Source of the DNA: Anaeromyxobacter sp.
GTDB taxonomy: Bacteria; Myxococcota; Myxococcia; Myxococcales; Anaeromyxobacteraceae
Assembly: GCA_049840735.1 (NCBI GenBank)
Contig: JASGJN010000013.1
Coordinates: 480,001 to 544,000, forward strand
Direction: 5' to 3'
Length of the DNA stretch: 64,000 nucleotides
This document shows, in pieces, positions 14,674 through 24,208 of the stretch; the stretch's first letter is position 1; each line of letters begins with the position of its first letter. Made by a program: the position numbers and the translations under genes. The notes beneath the pieces are model-generated. The model did no database searches, was not told the origin of the DNA, and saw only the letters and a list, made by a program, of their open reading frames with translations.

Positions 14674-15295
14674 GGGCGCCGTCGCGGCGGAACGTCCCCT
14701 CGAAGACCAGCTCGGCGACGGGGCGGCGGCCGTTGGGCTGCTCGCGCAGCCGGACCGCCTCGGGCAGCACGGCCGCGTCGCCCCGGCGGCCGATGGCGAT
14801 GAAGACCTCGACCTGCTGGTCGTCGGGCACCTGGAGGCTGGTGCGGGCCCGCTCCCTGTCCACGCCGCCCAGCGCGTGGGCGCTCCAGCCCCACAGGTGC
14901 GCCTGCAGCGCCAGCTGCGCCCAGGCGGCGCCCGCGTCGAAGGAGTGGTAGGGCGAGGGCACCGGGGCGTCCGCGCCGGGGAGCGTCAGCAGCTTGAACG
15001 AGGTGAGCGCGACCAGCGCCGAGGCCCGCTCGGCCCAGAGCTGGTTCGCCGGCAGGAGCAGCGAGTGGAGCCGCTCGAACGCCGGCGTGCCGCGGAGCCC
15101 GTACACGAAGCGCCAGGGCTGGGAGTTGGCTGCCGAGGGTGCCCAGCGGGCCGCCTCGAACAGGCCCTGCAGCGTCTCCAGGGGGAGCGGCTCGCCGGTG
15201 AAGGCGCGCGGGGACCAGCGCTCGTGGAAGAAGGGCGCGATGGTGTGGTCGGGGCTGCGGGCGGTGGCTGCGGTCATGTGGACACCTCGGAAGGC

Positions 15296-16447
15296 TCAGG
15301 CGCGGACGCGGGACTGCAGGGCGGGGGCAAGGTCGGTGCGCTCCATGACGAAGCCGCCGTCGGCCGCTGGCGTGCGGCCGAAGTGGCCGTACGCCGCGGT
15401 GCGGGCGTAGATGGGCCGGGCCAGGTCCAGGCGCTCGCGGATGGCGCGCGGGGTGAGCGAGACGGTCTCCCGCAGCGCCTGGGCGATGCGCGCGTCCGGG
15501 ATGACGCCGGTGCCGCGGGTGTCCACGTAGAGCGCGAGCGGCTCGGCCACGCCGATGGCGTACGCCAGCTGGATCAGGCAGCGGTCGGCCAGCCCGGCCG
15601 CCACCACGTTCTTGGCCAGGTAGCGGGCCGCGTAGGCGGCGGAGCGGTCCACCTTGGACGGGTCCTTGCCGGAGAAGGCCCCGCCGCCGTGGGGCGCGCG
15701 GCCGCCGTAGGTGTCCACGATGATCTTGCGGCCGGTCAGGCCCGTGTCGGCCGCCGGCCCGCCATGCACGAACGAGCCGGTGGGGTTCACCAGGATCCGG
15801 GTCTCCGGCCCCAGCCAGCCCTCCGGCAGGACGTCCCTGAGCACCTGCTCCACCAAATCCCGGAGCGCGGCGTTCGAGAGCCGGCGGTCATGCTGGTGCG
15901 AGACGACCGCCGTGTGGACCCGCACCGGGCGGCCGTCCACGTACTCCACCGTGAGCTGCGACTTCCCGTCCGGGCCCAGGTCCGTGTCGCCCGCCTTCCG
16001 GCGCGCCGCGAAGCGCTCCAGGATCCGGTGGGCATACTGGAGCGGCGCCGGCATCAGCTCGGGCGTCTCGCGCACCGCGTAGCCGAACATCAGCCCCTGA
16101 TCGCCGGCGCCCTCCTCGCCGCTCGCCTGGTCCACGCCCTGGGCGATCTCGGCCGACTGCTCGTGCACGTGCGCCTCGACGGCGACGGTGTCCCAGGAGA
16201 ACCCGGGCGCCGCGTAGCCGATGTCGCGCACCGCCTGCCGGACCAGCGCCTCCAGGTCCACGCGAGGCCCGCGGACCTCGCCGGCCACCACCACGCGATC
16301 GGTGGTGACGAGCGTCTCGATGGCGACCCGGGCGCGCTGGGCCTCTCGCAGGTGGGCGTCGAGGATCTCGTCGGAGATGCGGTCGGCCACCTTGTCCGGG
16401 TGGCCCTCTGAGACGGACTCACTGGTGAAGAGCGTGTGCTGGGGCAT
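15296..16447 (-). CDS. metK: S-adenosylmethionine synthetase
   Basis: [61 protein letters not shown]. Confidence 0.97.
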   Translation of the reverse strand: MPQHTLFTSESVSEGHPDKVADRISDEILDAHLREAQRARVAIETLVTTDRVVVAGEVRGPRVDLEALVRQAVRDIGYAAPGFSWDTVAVEAHVHEQSAEIAQGVDQASGEEGAGDQGLMFGYAVRETPELMPAPLQYAHRILERFAARRKAGDTDLGPDGKSQLTVEYVDGRPVRVHTAVVSHQHDRRLSNAALRDLVEQVLRDVLPEGWLGPETRILVNPTGSFVHGGPAADTGLTGRKIIVDTYGGRAPHGGGAFSGKDPSKVDRSAAYAARYLAKNVVAAGLADRCLIQLAYAIGVAEPLALYVDTRGTGVIPDARIAQALRETVSLTPRAIRERLDLARPIYARTAAYGHFGRTPAADGGFVMERTDLAPALQSRVRA

Positions 16448-16459
16448 GCCCTGCGCCTC

Positions 16460-16475
16460 TGCACGCCCGATGCCG
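16460..16475 (-). promoter_or_regulatory. Putative sigma-54 promoter for metK
   Basis: Minus strand CGGCATCGGGCGTGCA (GG-N10-GC), about 13 nt before the ATG. Confidence 0.5.
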
Positions 16476-16493
16476 AAGGCCGGCAGCGGCACG

Positions 16494-16507
16494 TCTCGCA
16501 TAACGGA
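16494..16507. promoter_or_regulatory. Degenerate copy of the TCCGTTATAACGGA operator
   Basis: TCTCGCATAACGGA, right half-site intact. Confidence 0.5.
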
Positions 16508-16667
16508 TGCCGATCACTCCGGCGGCCCGTGCCCCTTGAAGGGCGCCCGTCGCGGGCCACGGGAGCGCCGCCACCCGCGCTGGTTTCCCCTGTGGCGCTG
16601 TCATCATCGCGCAGGGCTGAGCGGGCGCCACACGCTGCTCGGCACGCTCGCTCGCCCAGAAGCACCG

Positions 16668-16681
16668 TCCGCTATAACGGA
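16668..16681. promoter_or_regulatory. Palindromic operator/enhancer TCCGCTATAACGGA
   Basis: 13/14 match to the perfect palindrome at 28911. Confidence 0.65.
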
Positions 16682-16725
16682 TACGGCGCGCGACGGACGC
16701 CTCCGGGCGCGCTCCCCGCCGGCCC

Positions 16726-16741
16726 GGGCCCGTGGCTTGCA
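16726..16741 (+). promoter_or_regulatory. sigma-54 promoter for the porin-ssu-nif-like operon
   Basis: GGGCCCGTGGCTTGCA (GG-N10-GC with TTGCA). Confidence 0.6.
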
Positions 16742-16777
16742 CAGCTCGCCGTCCACCCCGCCCACGGAGCCCACCAC

Positions 16778-18241
16778 GTGAAGACAACGCTTCTCCTCGG
16801 AACGCTCACCCTCACGCTCGCCGCCCCGGCCGCCGCCCAGCAGCAGCCCGCGGGGCGCGCGCCCGCCGCGGCGCCCCAGCCTCCCCCGACGCTGGCCCAG
16901 GAGGTCGAGGCCCTTCGCCAGCAGGTGAAGGCGCTCGAGGCCCAGGTCCAGCGGGCCCCCGTCACGCCCCAGGACGTGCAGGGCGTGCAGGCCGACCTGG
17001 AGAACTTCAAGTACCAGGTCCAGCGGGACCGCGAGACCAAGACCGCGCTCAGCAGCCGCAACCTCACCATCGGCGGCCTGGTCCAGACGCGCGCCGCCTG
17101 GTTCTCCTCGGACATCAGCACCCCGCTCGACCCGAAGGAGGCGGCCACCTCGGTCAACAACCCGCTGATCCTGGAGGACCGCAAGACCACCTTCGACATC
17201 CCCAACGCCATCGTCACCTTCAACGGCCTGCTCTACCGCGACTACGAGTCGGCCCGGAACCTGGGCTTCAGCGTGGGCTTCGCGGCCTCGCCCGGCTCCA
17301 GCAACGCCGGCCTGGGGAACGCCAACTACAACAGCTTCCTCACGCTCCTGGACGCGAACGTCACCTACCAGGCGCTGCCCACCATCGAGAACGACGGCAA
17401 CCGGCTCTCCTTCACGCTCGGGCAGCAGCTCGTGCCGTTCGGCACCGAGGCCAGCGCCCCCGAGGACCTGAAGCCCACCATCGTGAACGCCCAGTTCGTG
17501 CCCAACGGCGGCTTCAACGTGCGCCAGATCGGCCTCATCGCGCGCGGCGAGCTCTTCTCGCAGTACGACTTCGGCTACAACTACCGGCAGGCGGCGCTGG
17601 CCTTCGCGCTGGGCATCGTCAACGGCACCGGGCCCAACCGCGACGACGAGAACGCCTTCAAGGACGTGGTGGCGCGCGTCGCCTTCACCGTCCCCGCCGA
17701 GTACAACTCCTGGCTCCGCGAGCTGCGCGTGGGGGCGTCGGCGTACATCGGCCGGCCCCTGCTGAGCGGCGCGTCGGAGTCCGGCGGCAGCGTGGTGGCC
17801 CAGGGGAACGGCGTCCGCAACCGCTACGGCGTGGACGTCTACTACAACCACTTCCCCTGGGGCGTGACCTACGAGTACCTGCGGGCGCAGGACGACGTGT
17901 GGAGCGCGACCACCTTCGAGAAGGTCCGGTTCGACCGCAGCGGCCACACCGCCACCGTCTTCTACTCCTTCGGTCAGCAGTTCCTGCGCAGCATCAAGAC
18001 GCAGGCCAAGTACGACGACTGGTGGCCCAAGACCTACCAGCCCTTCATCCGCTTCGATCGCTGGACCCCCGACCAGGACCAGCCCCGGGCCACCAACGAC
18101 ATCGCCACCCTCGGCTTCAACGTCTTCTTCGCCGAGACCACCAAGGCCCAGCTCGAGTGGCACCACCGCGTCCAGCACGTGGTCGACGCCGACAGCGTCA
18201 GCTCGGACGAGGTCCTCGCGCAGCTCCAGTTCGGCTTCTGA
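16778..18241 (+). CDS. Outer membrane porin (OprO/OprP-like anion-selective type)
   Basis: Signal peptide, N-terminal coiled coil, GQQLVPFG, NGTGPNRDDEN..KD, amphipathic beta strands, terminal QLQFGF. Confidence 0.75.
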   Translation: MKTTLLLGTLTLTLAAPAAAQQQPAGRAPAAAPQPPPTLAQEVEALRQQVKALEAQVQRAPVTPQDVQGVQADLENFKYQVQRDRETKTALSSRNLTIGGLVQTRAAWFSSDISTPLDPKEAATSVNNPLILEDRKTTFDIPNAIVTFNGLLYRDYESARNLGFSVGFAASPGSSNAGLGNANYNSFLTLLDANVTYQALPTIENDGNRLSFTLGQQLVPFGTEASAPEDLKPTIVNAQFVPNGGFNVRQIGLIARGELFSQYDFGYNYRQAALAFALGIVNGTGPNRDDENAFKDVVARVAFTVPAEYNSWLRELRVGASAYIGRPLLSGASESGGSVVAQGNGVRNRYGVDVYYNHFPWGVTYEYLRAQDDVWSATTFEKVRFDRSGHTATVFYSFGQQFLRSIKTQAKYDDWWPKTYQPFIRFDRWTPDQDQPRATNDIATLGFNVFFAETTKAQLEWHHRVQHVVDADSVSSDEVLAQLQFGF

Positions 18242-18262
18242 CCCGCCCCCGGAGAGAGAACC

Positions 18263-19345
18263 ATGAAGACCCCGCTCACCGCCCTCACCATCGCCCTCGC
18301 CCTCGCCCTCGCCCCCTTCTCCCGCCCAGCCGCGGCCGACAAGCCCGCCGTCATCCGCATCGGCGTGGCCTCCATCGGCACCGGCGGTCGGCCGGTCACC
18401 GGCTGGTCCTCCGTCTCGGTGGTGGCCGACAACGGCTCCCTGGAGCAGGAGTTCAAGGCCGACGGGATCCAGGTCAAGTGGACCTACTTCTCCGGGGCCG
18501 GCCCGGCCGTCAACGAGGCGCTGGCCAACGGCCAGCTCGACTTCGCCTTTCAGGGTGACCTGCCCGCCCTGGTGGCCAGGGGCGGCGGGCTCCCCACCAA
18601 GCTGCTGGTGGCCAGCAGCCGCTTCGACCCCATCTACACCGCGGTGCCGGCCGACTCCCCGGCCCGGAGCCTGGAGGACCTCAAGGGCAAGCGCATCGCG
18701 GTCTTCAAGGGCACCAACCTGCAGCTGGCGTTCTGGAGCGTGCTGGCGTCCAAGGGGCTCAAGGACACCGACTTCAAGATCATCAACATGAGCACCTACG
18801 ACGGCAACGCGGCGCTGCTGTCGAAGGACATCGACGCCCAGGTGACCGGCCCGGACATCTTCCCGCTGGTGGAGCGCGGCGTGGCCCGCGTCGTCCACTC
18901 CACGCAGGGCGACGCCCTGACCGGACGCCTCACGCACCTGCTGGTGCTGGAGCCGTTCGAGAAGAGGTACCCGGACGTCGTGCAGCGCGTGGTGAACGTG
19001 GTGCTGCGCGACACCGCCTGGCTCTCGGACGAGCGGAACCGCGCCCGGGCGTACCAGATCTGGACCAAGAGCGGCCTGGGCCTGCCGGCGTGGAAGGGCG
19101 ACTGGGACGCGTACGTGCTGGCCGACCGCTCCTCGCCGCTCTTCGACGAGTTCTTCCGCGCCCAGTACAAGCGGCTGCTGGCGCGCGGCCGGGAGCTGAA
19201 GCTCATCCGCAAGGACTTCGACGTTGATGCCTGGCTGGACGCGAGCTACCAGCGACGCGGGCTCGCGGCGCTGGGGCTCGAGACCTTCTGGCGCGAGCAG
19301 GACGCCGAGGGCAAGCCGAAGCCGCAGCCGGTGGTGAAGAAGTAG
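18263..19345 (+). CDS. SsuA/TauA-like ABC substrate-binding protein
   Basis: Signal peptide, FSGAGPAVNEALANGQLDFA..GDLP, LEDLKGKRIAVFKGT. Confidence 0.88.
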   Translation: MKTPLTALTIALALALAPFSRPAAADKPAVIRIGVASIGTGGRPVTGWSSVSVVADNGSLEQEFKADGIQVKWTYFSGAGPAVNEALANGQLDFAFQGDLPALVARGGGLPTKLLVASSRFDPIYTAVPADSPARSLEDLKGKRIAVFKGTNLQLAFWSVLASKGLKDTDFKIINMSTYDGNAALLSKDIDAQVTGPDIFPLVERGVARVVHSTQGDALTGRLTHLLVLEPFEKRYPDVVQRVVNVVLRDTAWLSDERNRARAYQIWTKSGLGLPAWKGDWDAYVLADRSSPLFDEFFRAQYKRLLARGRELKLIRKDFDVDAWLDASYQRRGLAALGLETFWREQDAEGKPKPQPVVKK

Positions 19346-19358
19346 CCCCGAGGTCGCC

Positions 19359-20273
19359 ATGCCCCCCGAGATCACCTTCCCGGCGGCCCTGCAGCGGCCG
19401 CCGCCGCGGGCGTCCCACGCGGCGCTGGCCGTGCCGGCCCCCGCCGCCCCCGCCGTGCGCACGCGGCGCACCCCTGGCGCCTGGGCCTTCGCGCGCGCCC
19501 TCCGGACGTCGGCGCGCCGGGCCACCGTCCCGGCGGCGGGCCTGGCGCTGCCGCTGGCGCTCCTGGGGGCCTGGCACCTCTCAGCCGCCCACGGCTGGGT
19601 CTCGCCGCTGATCCTGCCGCCGCCCGCCGACGTGCTGGCCACCTTCCTCGATTGCTGGCGCGACGGGACCATCTCCGGCCACCTGGCCGTCAGCAGCGTC
19701 CGGGTGATGCGCGGCTTCGGCTACGGCGCCGGCGCCGGGCTGCTGCTGGGGGGCGCCCTGGGCGCCTGCCCCGCCCTGCGGGCCTACGTCCGTCCCACGC
19801 TGATGGCCGTCTACCAGGTCAACGCCATGGCCTGGCTCCCGCTCCTCATCCTGGTGTTCGGCATCGACGAGCCGCTCAAGACGGCCGTCATCACCCTGGC
19901 CACGCTGCTGCCCGTCACCGCCAACACCATGCAGGCGCTGGCGGCCATCCCCGAGCGCTGGCTCGAGCTGGCGCGGGTCCACGGGCTGGGGCGGCTGGCC
20001 ACGCTCCGCCGGGTGGTCGTCCCGGCCGCGCTGCCGGCGCTGTTCACCGGGCTGCGCGGCGGCCTGGCCGCCGCCTGGCAGTCGCTGGTGATCGTGGAGC
20101 TGGTCGCCTCCAGCGAGGGCATCGGCTTCATGGTGGTGTGGGGCCGGCAGCTCTTCCAGCTGGACGTGGTGCTGGTGGCCATCGTGCTCATCGGCGCGGT
20201 CGGCCTGGCCCTCGATCTCGTCCTCTCCACCCTCGACCGGCGCCTGCACCTGTGGCAGCGCGCGGCCTGGTGA
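19359..20273 (+). CDS. SsuC/TauC-like ABC permease
   Basis: ILPPP, AWLPLLILVFGIDE, EAA-like loop, ELVASSEGIG. Confidence 0.9.
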   Translation: MPPEITFPAALQRPPPRASHAALAVPAPAAPAVRTRRTPGAWAFARALRTSARRATVPAAGLALPLALLGAWHLSAAHGWVSPLILPPPADVLATFLDCWRDGTISGHLAVSSVRVMRGFGYGAGAGLLLGGALGACPALRAYVRPTLMAVYQVNAMAWLPLLILVFGIDEPLKTAVITLATLLPVTANTMQALAAIPERWLELARVHGLGRLATLRRVVVPAALPALFTGLRGGLAAAWQSLVIVELVASSEGIGFMVVWGRQLFQLDVVLVAIVLIGAVGLALDLVLSTLDRRLHLWQRAAW

Positions 20274-20276
20274 CGC

Positions 20277-21059
20277 ATGTCCGCCCAACTCCTCCGCGCG
20301 CTGCGCCCGCTGCTCATCCCATCCCTGGTCCTGGCCGCCTGGGCGCTGGCGGTCCATCGTCACCTGGCGCCTCCCGAGCTCCTCCCGCCCATCGGCGCGG
20401 TGGGACGCGCTGGCGCCGAGCAGCTGGACGGCGGACGGCTGTGGGCCGCGGTGGCGGCCAGCCTCACCCGGACCGTGCTGGGGTTCGCGCTGGCCGCGGC
20501 GGCCGGGCTGGCGCTGGGGCTCGGCATGGGCATGTCACGCTGGACCGCGCGCATCGCCGGACCGACCTTCCACGCCTACCGGCAGGTGGCGGTCTTCGCC
20601 TGGATCCCGCTCATCTCGGCCTGGTTCGGAGGGGGCGAGTCCACCAAGGTGGCCTTCATCGCCGTGGCCGCGGTCACGCCCATCACCTTCAACGCGCTGG
20701 AGGGGGTCCGGGCGGTGGCGCGCGAGCACGTGGAGCTGGCCCGCGCGCTGGAGGTCGGCCGCCTCCGCCTGGTGACGCAGGTGATCCTCCCAGCCGCCGC
20801 GCCGCAGCTCCTCACCGGCCTGCACCTCGGGCTGGTGACCGCCTGGCTGGCCACCTTCGGCTCCGAGTTCTTCCTGCAGATCGCGCCGGGCGTGGGCCCC
20901 ATCCTCGTCGAGGGGCGCGCGCTGGGCCGGATGGACCTGGTCCTGTTCGGGATCGCCGTGATCGGCCTCGTCGGCGCCGGCCTCAACGCCGTGATGTTCG
21001 CGATCGAGCACCTGGCGCTGCGCTGGCGCCCGCCGCGCCGCGCGGCCGGCACCGCCTGA
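20277..21059 (+). CDS. Second SsuC/TauC-like ABC permease
   Basis: LLPP, AWIPLISAWFGGGE, VILPAAAPQLLTGL. Confidence 0.9.
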   Translation: MSAQLLRALRPLLIPSLVLAAWALAVHRHLAPPELLPPIGAVGRAGAEQLDGGRLWAAVAASLTRTVLGFALAAAAGLALGLGMGMSRWTARIAGPTFHAYRQVAVFAWIPLISAWFGGGESTKVAFIAVAAVTPITFNALEGVRAVAREHVELARALEVGRLRLVTQVILPAAAPQLLTGLHLGLVTAWLATFGSEFFLQIAPGVGPILVEGRALGRMDLVLFGIAVIGLVGAGLNAVMFAIEHLALRWRPPRRAAGTA

Positions 21060-21081
21060 TCCCCACACCCCTGGAGTCCCC

Positions 21082-21921
21082 ATGCCCGCCCTGATCCATG
21101 CCCCCGCCGCCTCCGCCGCCCCGCCCATCGCCGCCAGCGCCGTCATCAAGCGCTTCACCTCCGCCGCCGGGGAGGTGGTGGCGCTGGGGGGCGTGGACGT
21201 CCACGTCGCGCCCGGCGAGTTCCTCTCCGTCATCGGCGGCTCCGGCTGCGGCAAGAGCACGCTGCTCCGGATCGTGGCCGGCCTCGACGAGACCACCAGC
21301 GGCACCGTCACGGTGGACGGCGCCCCGGTCGCGGGCCCCTCGCTGGAGCGGGGGATCATGTTCCAGGACAGCCGGCTGCTGCCCTGGCTCAGCGTGGAGC
21401 GCAACGTGGGCTTCGCCCTGGAGGGCCGGCTCCCCCGGGCCGAGCGGCGCGCGCGGGTGGAGCAGGCCATCGCGCTGGTGGGCCTCACCGGCTTCGAGCG
21501 CGCCTACCCGCACCAGCTCTCGGGCGGCATGGCCCAGCGCGCCGCGCTGGCGCGGGTGCTGGTGACCCGCCCGCGCGTGCTGCTGCTGGACGAGCCGTTC
21601 GGCGCGCTCGACGCCCTCACCAAGATCCAGATGCAGCTGGAGCTGCTCCGCATCTGGGAGGCGGAGCGGGCCACGGTCCTCCTGGTCACGCACGACATCG
21701 ACGAGGCGGTCTTCCTGGGCGACCGGGTGGCCATCATGTCCAGCCGGCCGGGCACCATCCGCCGCTTCGTGGACGTGGACCTGCCGCGCCCGCGCGACCG
21801 GAGCGGCGAGGCCTTCGTCTCCATCCGCCGCACCATCTACCGCGAGTTCTTCTCCAGCGGTGAGCAGCACCCCGAGTACCAGAATCTGACCCCCACCGCC
21901 GCCCGGAGCCCCACGCCATGA
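21082..21921 (+). CDS. SsuB/TauB-like ABC ATP-binding protein
   Basis: GGSGCGKST, MFQDSRLLPW, YPHQLSGGMAQR, LDEPFGALDALT, LPRPRDR. Confidence 0.93.
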   Translation: MPALIHAPAASAAPPIAASAVIKRFTSAAGEVVALGGVDVHVAPGEFLSVIGGSGCGKSTLLRIVAGLDETTSGTVTVDGAPVAGPSLERGIMFQDSRLLPWLSVERNVGFALEGRLPRAERRARVEQAIALVGLTGFERAYPHQLSGGMAQRAALARVLVTRPRVLLLDEPFGALDALTKIQMQLELLRIWEAERATVLLVTHDIDEAVFLGDRVAIMSSRPGTIRRFVDVDLPRPRDRSGEAFVSIRRTIYREFFSSGEQHPEYQNLTPTAARSPTP

Positions 21922-22790
21922 GCACGCGCCCGCAGCACCTCGCCATCTACGGAAAGGGTGGCATCGGCAAGTCCACCACCACCTCCAACCTGGCGGCGGC
22001 GCTGGCCGAGGCCGGCCAGCGCGTCATCCAGATCGGCTGCGACCCCAAGAGCGACTCCACCACCACCCTGCGCGGCGGGACCTACCTGCCCACCGTCCTC
22101 GACGCCACCCGCGACGGCGGGCCGGTGAAGCTCCAGGACGTCTCGGTGGTCGGCTTCGGCGGCGTGCTCTGCATCGAGGCCGGGGGGCCGGTGCCCGGCG
22201 TGGGCTGCGCCGGGCGCGGCATCAACGCGGCCATCGAGCTCCTGAACGAGCTGCACCTGTTCGAGGAGTTCAGGCCAGACGTCGTGCTCTACGACGTCCT
22301 GGGCGACGTGGTCTGCGGCGGCTTCGCGGTCCCCATCCGCGAGGGGCTGACGGATCGCGTGTACGTGGTCACCTCCTCCGACTTCATGGCCGTCTACGCC
22401 GCGAACAACCTGTTCCGCGCCATCAACAAGTACGCCCCCTCCGGCGGCGCCAAGCTGGGCGGCATCATCGCCAACAGCGTGGCCGCCCCGTACGCGCGGT
22501 CGCTCATCGACGACTTCGCCGCGGTGACCGGCACCCGCGCCGTCCAGTACGTGCCGCGCTCCACCGCCGTGGCCCAGGCCGAGCTGTACGGCCAGACCGT
22601 CATCGAGGCCAGCCCGCGCTCGCCCCAGGCCGACGTCTACCGGGCGCTGGCCCGCTCGGTGATCGAGGATCGGAGCGCGGTCATCCCGAGGCCGCTGGCG
22701 GTGAACGATCTGCGCGCCTGGGCCCGCAAGTGGGGCGGCCTGGTGCTGGACGCCGAGCAGGGCGTCGTGGCGCAGCAGGCCGGGATCTAG
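21918..22790 (+). CDS. Nitrogenase iron protein-like reductase (NifH homolog, probably group IV)
   Basis: YGKGGIGKST, GCDPKSDST, PGVGCAGRG and DVLGDVVCGGF (both [4Fe-4S] Cys retained). Confidence 0.95.
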   Translation: MSTRPQHLAIYGKGGIGKSTTTSNLAAALAEAGQRVIQIGCDPKSDSTTTLRGGTYLPTVLDATRDGGPVKLQDVSVVGFGGVLCIEAGGPVPGVGCAGRGINAAIELLNELHLFEEFRPDVVLYDVLGDVVCGGFAVPIREGLTDRVYVVTSSDFMAVYAANNLFRAINKYAPSGGAKLGGIIANSVAAPYARSLIDDFAAVTGTRAVQYVPRSTAVAQAELYGQTVIEASPRSPQADVYRALARSVIEDRSAVIPRPLAVNDLRAWARKWGGLVLDAEQGVVAQQAGI

Positions 22791-22800
22791 GGGAGGCGCC

Positions 22801-24207
22801 GTGACCTCCTTGCCCGGGCGAACCGCCCCCATCCGCGAGAAGCGGGCCGGCGAGATCGCCGCCTACGCCGGGACCGCAGGCGCCCTGCTGGCCGAGGCCG
22901 GCGAGGGCGGGCTGGCGCCCCGCACCCGCACCTTCGCCCAGGACCGGCCCAGCGACGTGCAGCGGGCGCTCTCGCTGCTCCGGACCGTCGAGGGGCTCGG
23001 CGTCGTGGTGCACGGCCCCGCCGGCTGCGCGGCCAGCCTGCTGGGCGAGGAACCCGGCGCCCCCTGGGTGGTGAGCGGCCTGACGCAGCGGGACTCGATC
23101 CTGGGCGGCGACGCCAAGCTCCGCGAGGCCATCCGCCAGCTCCACGCTCCGCACCACGTCCAGGCCATCGCGGTGGTGGGCACGCCGGTGGTGGCCATCA
23201 ACAACGACGACGTCGAAGCGGTCGCCGCCGAGCTGCGCGAGGAGCTGGGGCTGCCCATCGCGCTGGTCCGCACCGACGGGTTCCGCTCACGCGTGGGGGC
23301 GACCGGCCACGACGTGGCGGTGCACGGGCTCCTCGAGCACCTGCTCCCGGTCCGCCACACCGGCCCCGGCGACCACGTGACGATCCTCACCGGCCAGGAG
23401 GGGCCGGAGGAGGTGGCCGAGGTGCGCGCGCTCCTGCAGGAGGCCGGCATCGGGGCCGTCCCCTTCCCGCGCCATGCGCGGGTGAACGAGCTGGAGGCGG
23501 TGGCCAGCGCCCGCCTCTCGGTGAGCCTCGATCCGGACGAGGCCGCCTACGCGGCCCAGGCGCTCCGGCAGCTGCGCGGCGTCCCCCACCTGGACGCGCC
23601 GCCCCCCATCGGCCTCTCGGGCACCACCCGCTGGCTGGCTGCCGTGGCCGCCGCCGCCGGCCAGGAGGAGGGCGCGGCCGAGGTGGCCGCGCAGCACGCC
23701 GCCTCGCTGGAGGCGGTGCGCGCCCGGCTCGCGCCGCACGCCGGGGCGCCCGTCTTCGTCAACCTGCCTGCGGCCTGGGCCCTGGCGGTGGGTGCGCTGG
23801 TGCGCGAGCTGGGGCTCTCGCTGGCCGGGCTGCAGGTGCCCGCGCTGGGACCGCGCCACCTGCCCGCCCTGCGCGAGCTGACGGCCGGGCAGCCGGACCT
23901 GCCGTTGCTGGTCGGCGAGGGCCAGGCCTTCGAGGAGGTGAACCTGCTCCACCGGCTGCGCCCCGCCGTCCTGGTGACGCGCGGCGCGGCGCCGGTCCAC
24001 GCGCTGCGCCTGGGCATCCCGGTGCTGGACCTGCACCGCGTGCCGCTCCTGGGCTACGCCGGCGCCCAGCGCTTCGCCGAGGAGCTCCGGCGCCGCCTGC
24101 GCTCGCAGGGGCTGGCGCGCTTCCTCGCCACGGGCGGCCCGGGCCGCTGGGCGCCGGGCTGGCTCGACCGCAGCACCCACTGGTTCATCAAGCACGAGGT
24201 GAAGTGA
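22801..24207 (+). CDS. Nitrogenase component-1 alpha-like (NifD/E-like) subunit with degenerate metal ligands
   Basis: VHGPAGC, SILGGDAKLREAI, INNDDVEAV, TDGFRS, LLGYAGA; follows the nifH-like gene. Confidence 0.88.
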   Translation: MTSLPGRTAPIREKRAGEIAAYAGTAGALLAEAGEGGLAPRTRTFAQDRPSDVQRALSLLRTVEGLGVVVHGPAGCAASLLGEEPGAPWVVSGLTQRDSILGGDAKLREAIRQLHAPHHVQAIAVVGTPVVAINNDDVEAVAAELREELGLPIALVRTDGFRSRVGATGHDVAVHGLLEHLLPVRHTGPGDHVTILTGQEGPEEVAEVRALLQEAGIGAVPFPRHARVNELEAVASARLSVSLDPDEAAYAAQALRQLRGVPHLDAPPPIGLSGTTRWLAAVAAAAGQEEGAAEVAAQHAASLEAVRARLAPHAGAPVFVNLPAAWALAVGALVRELGLSLAGLQVPALGPRHLPALRELTAGQPDLPLLVGEGQAFEEVNLLHRLRPAVLVTRGAAPVHALRLGIPVLDLHRVPLLGYAGAQRFAEELRRRLRSQGLARFLATGGPGRWAPGWLDRSTHWFIKHEVK

Positions 24208-24208
24208 C

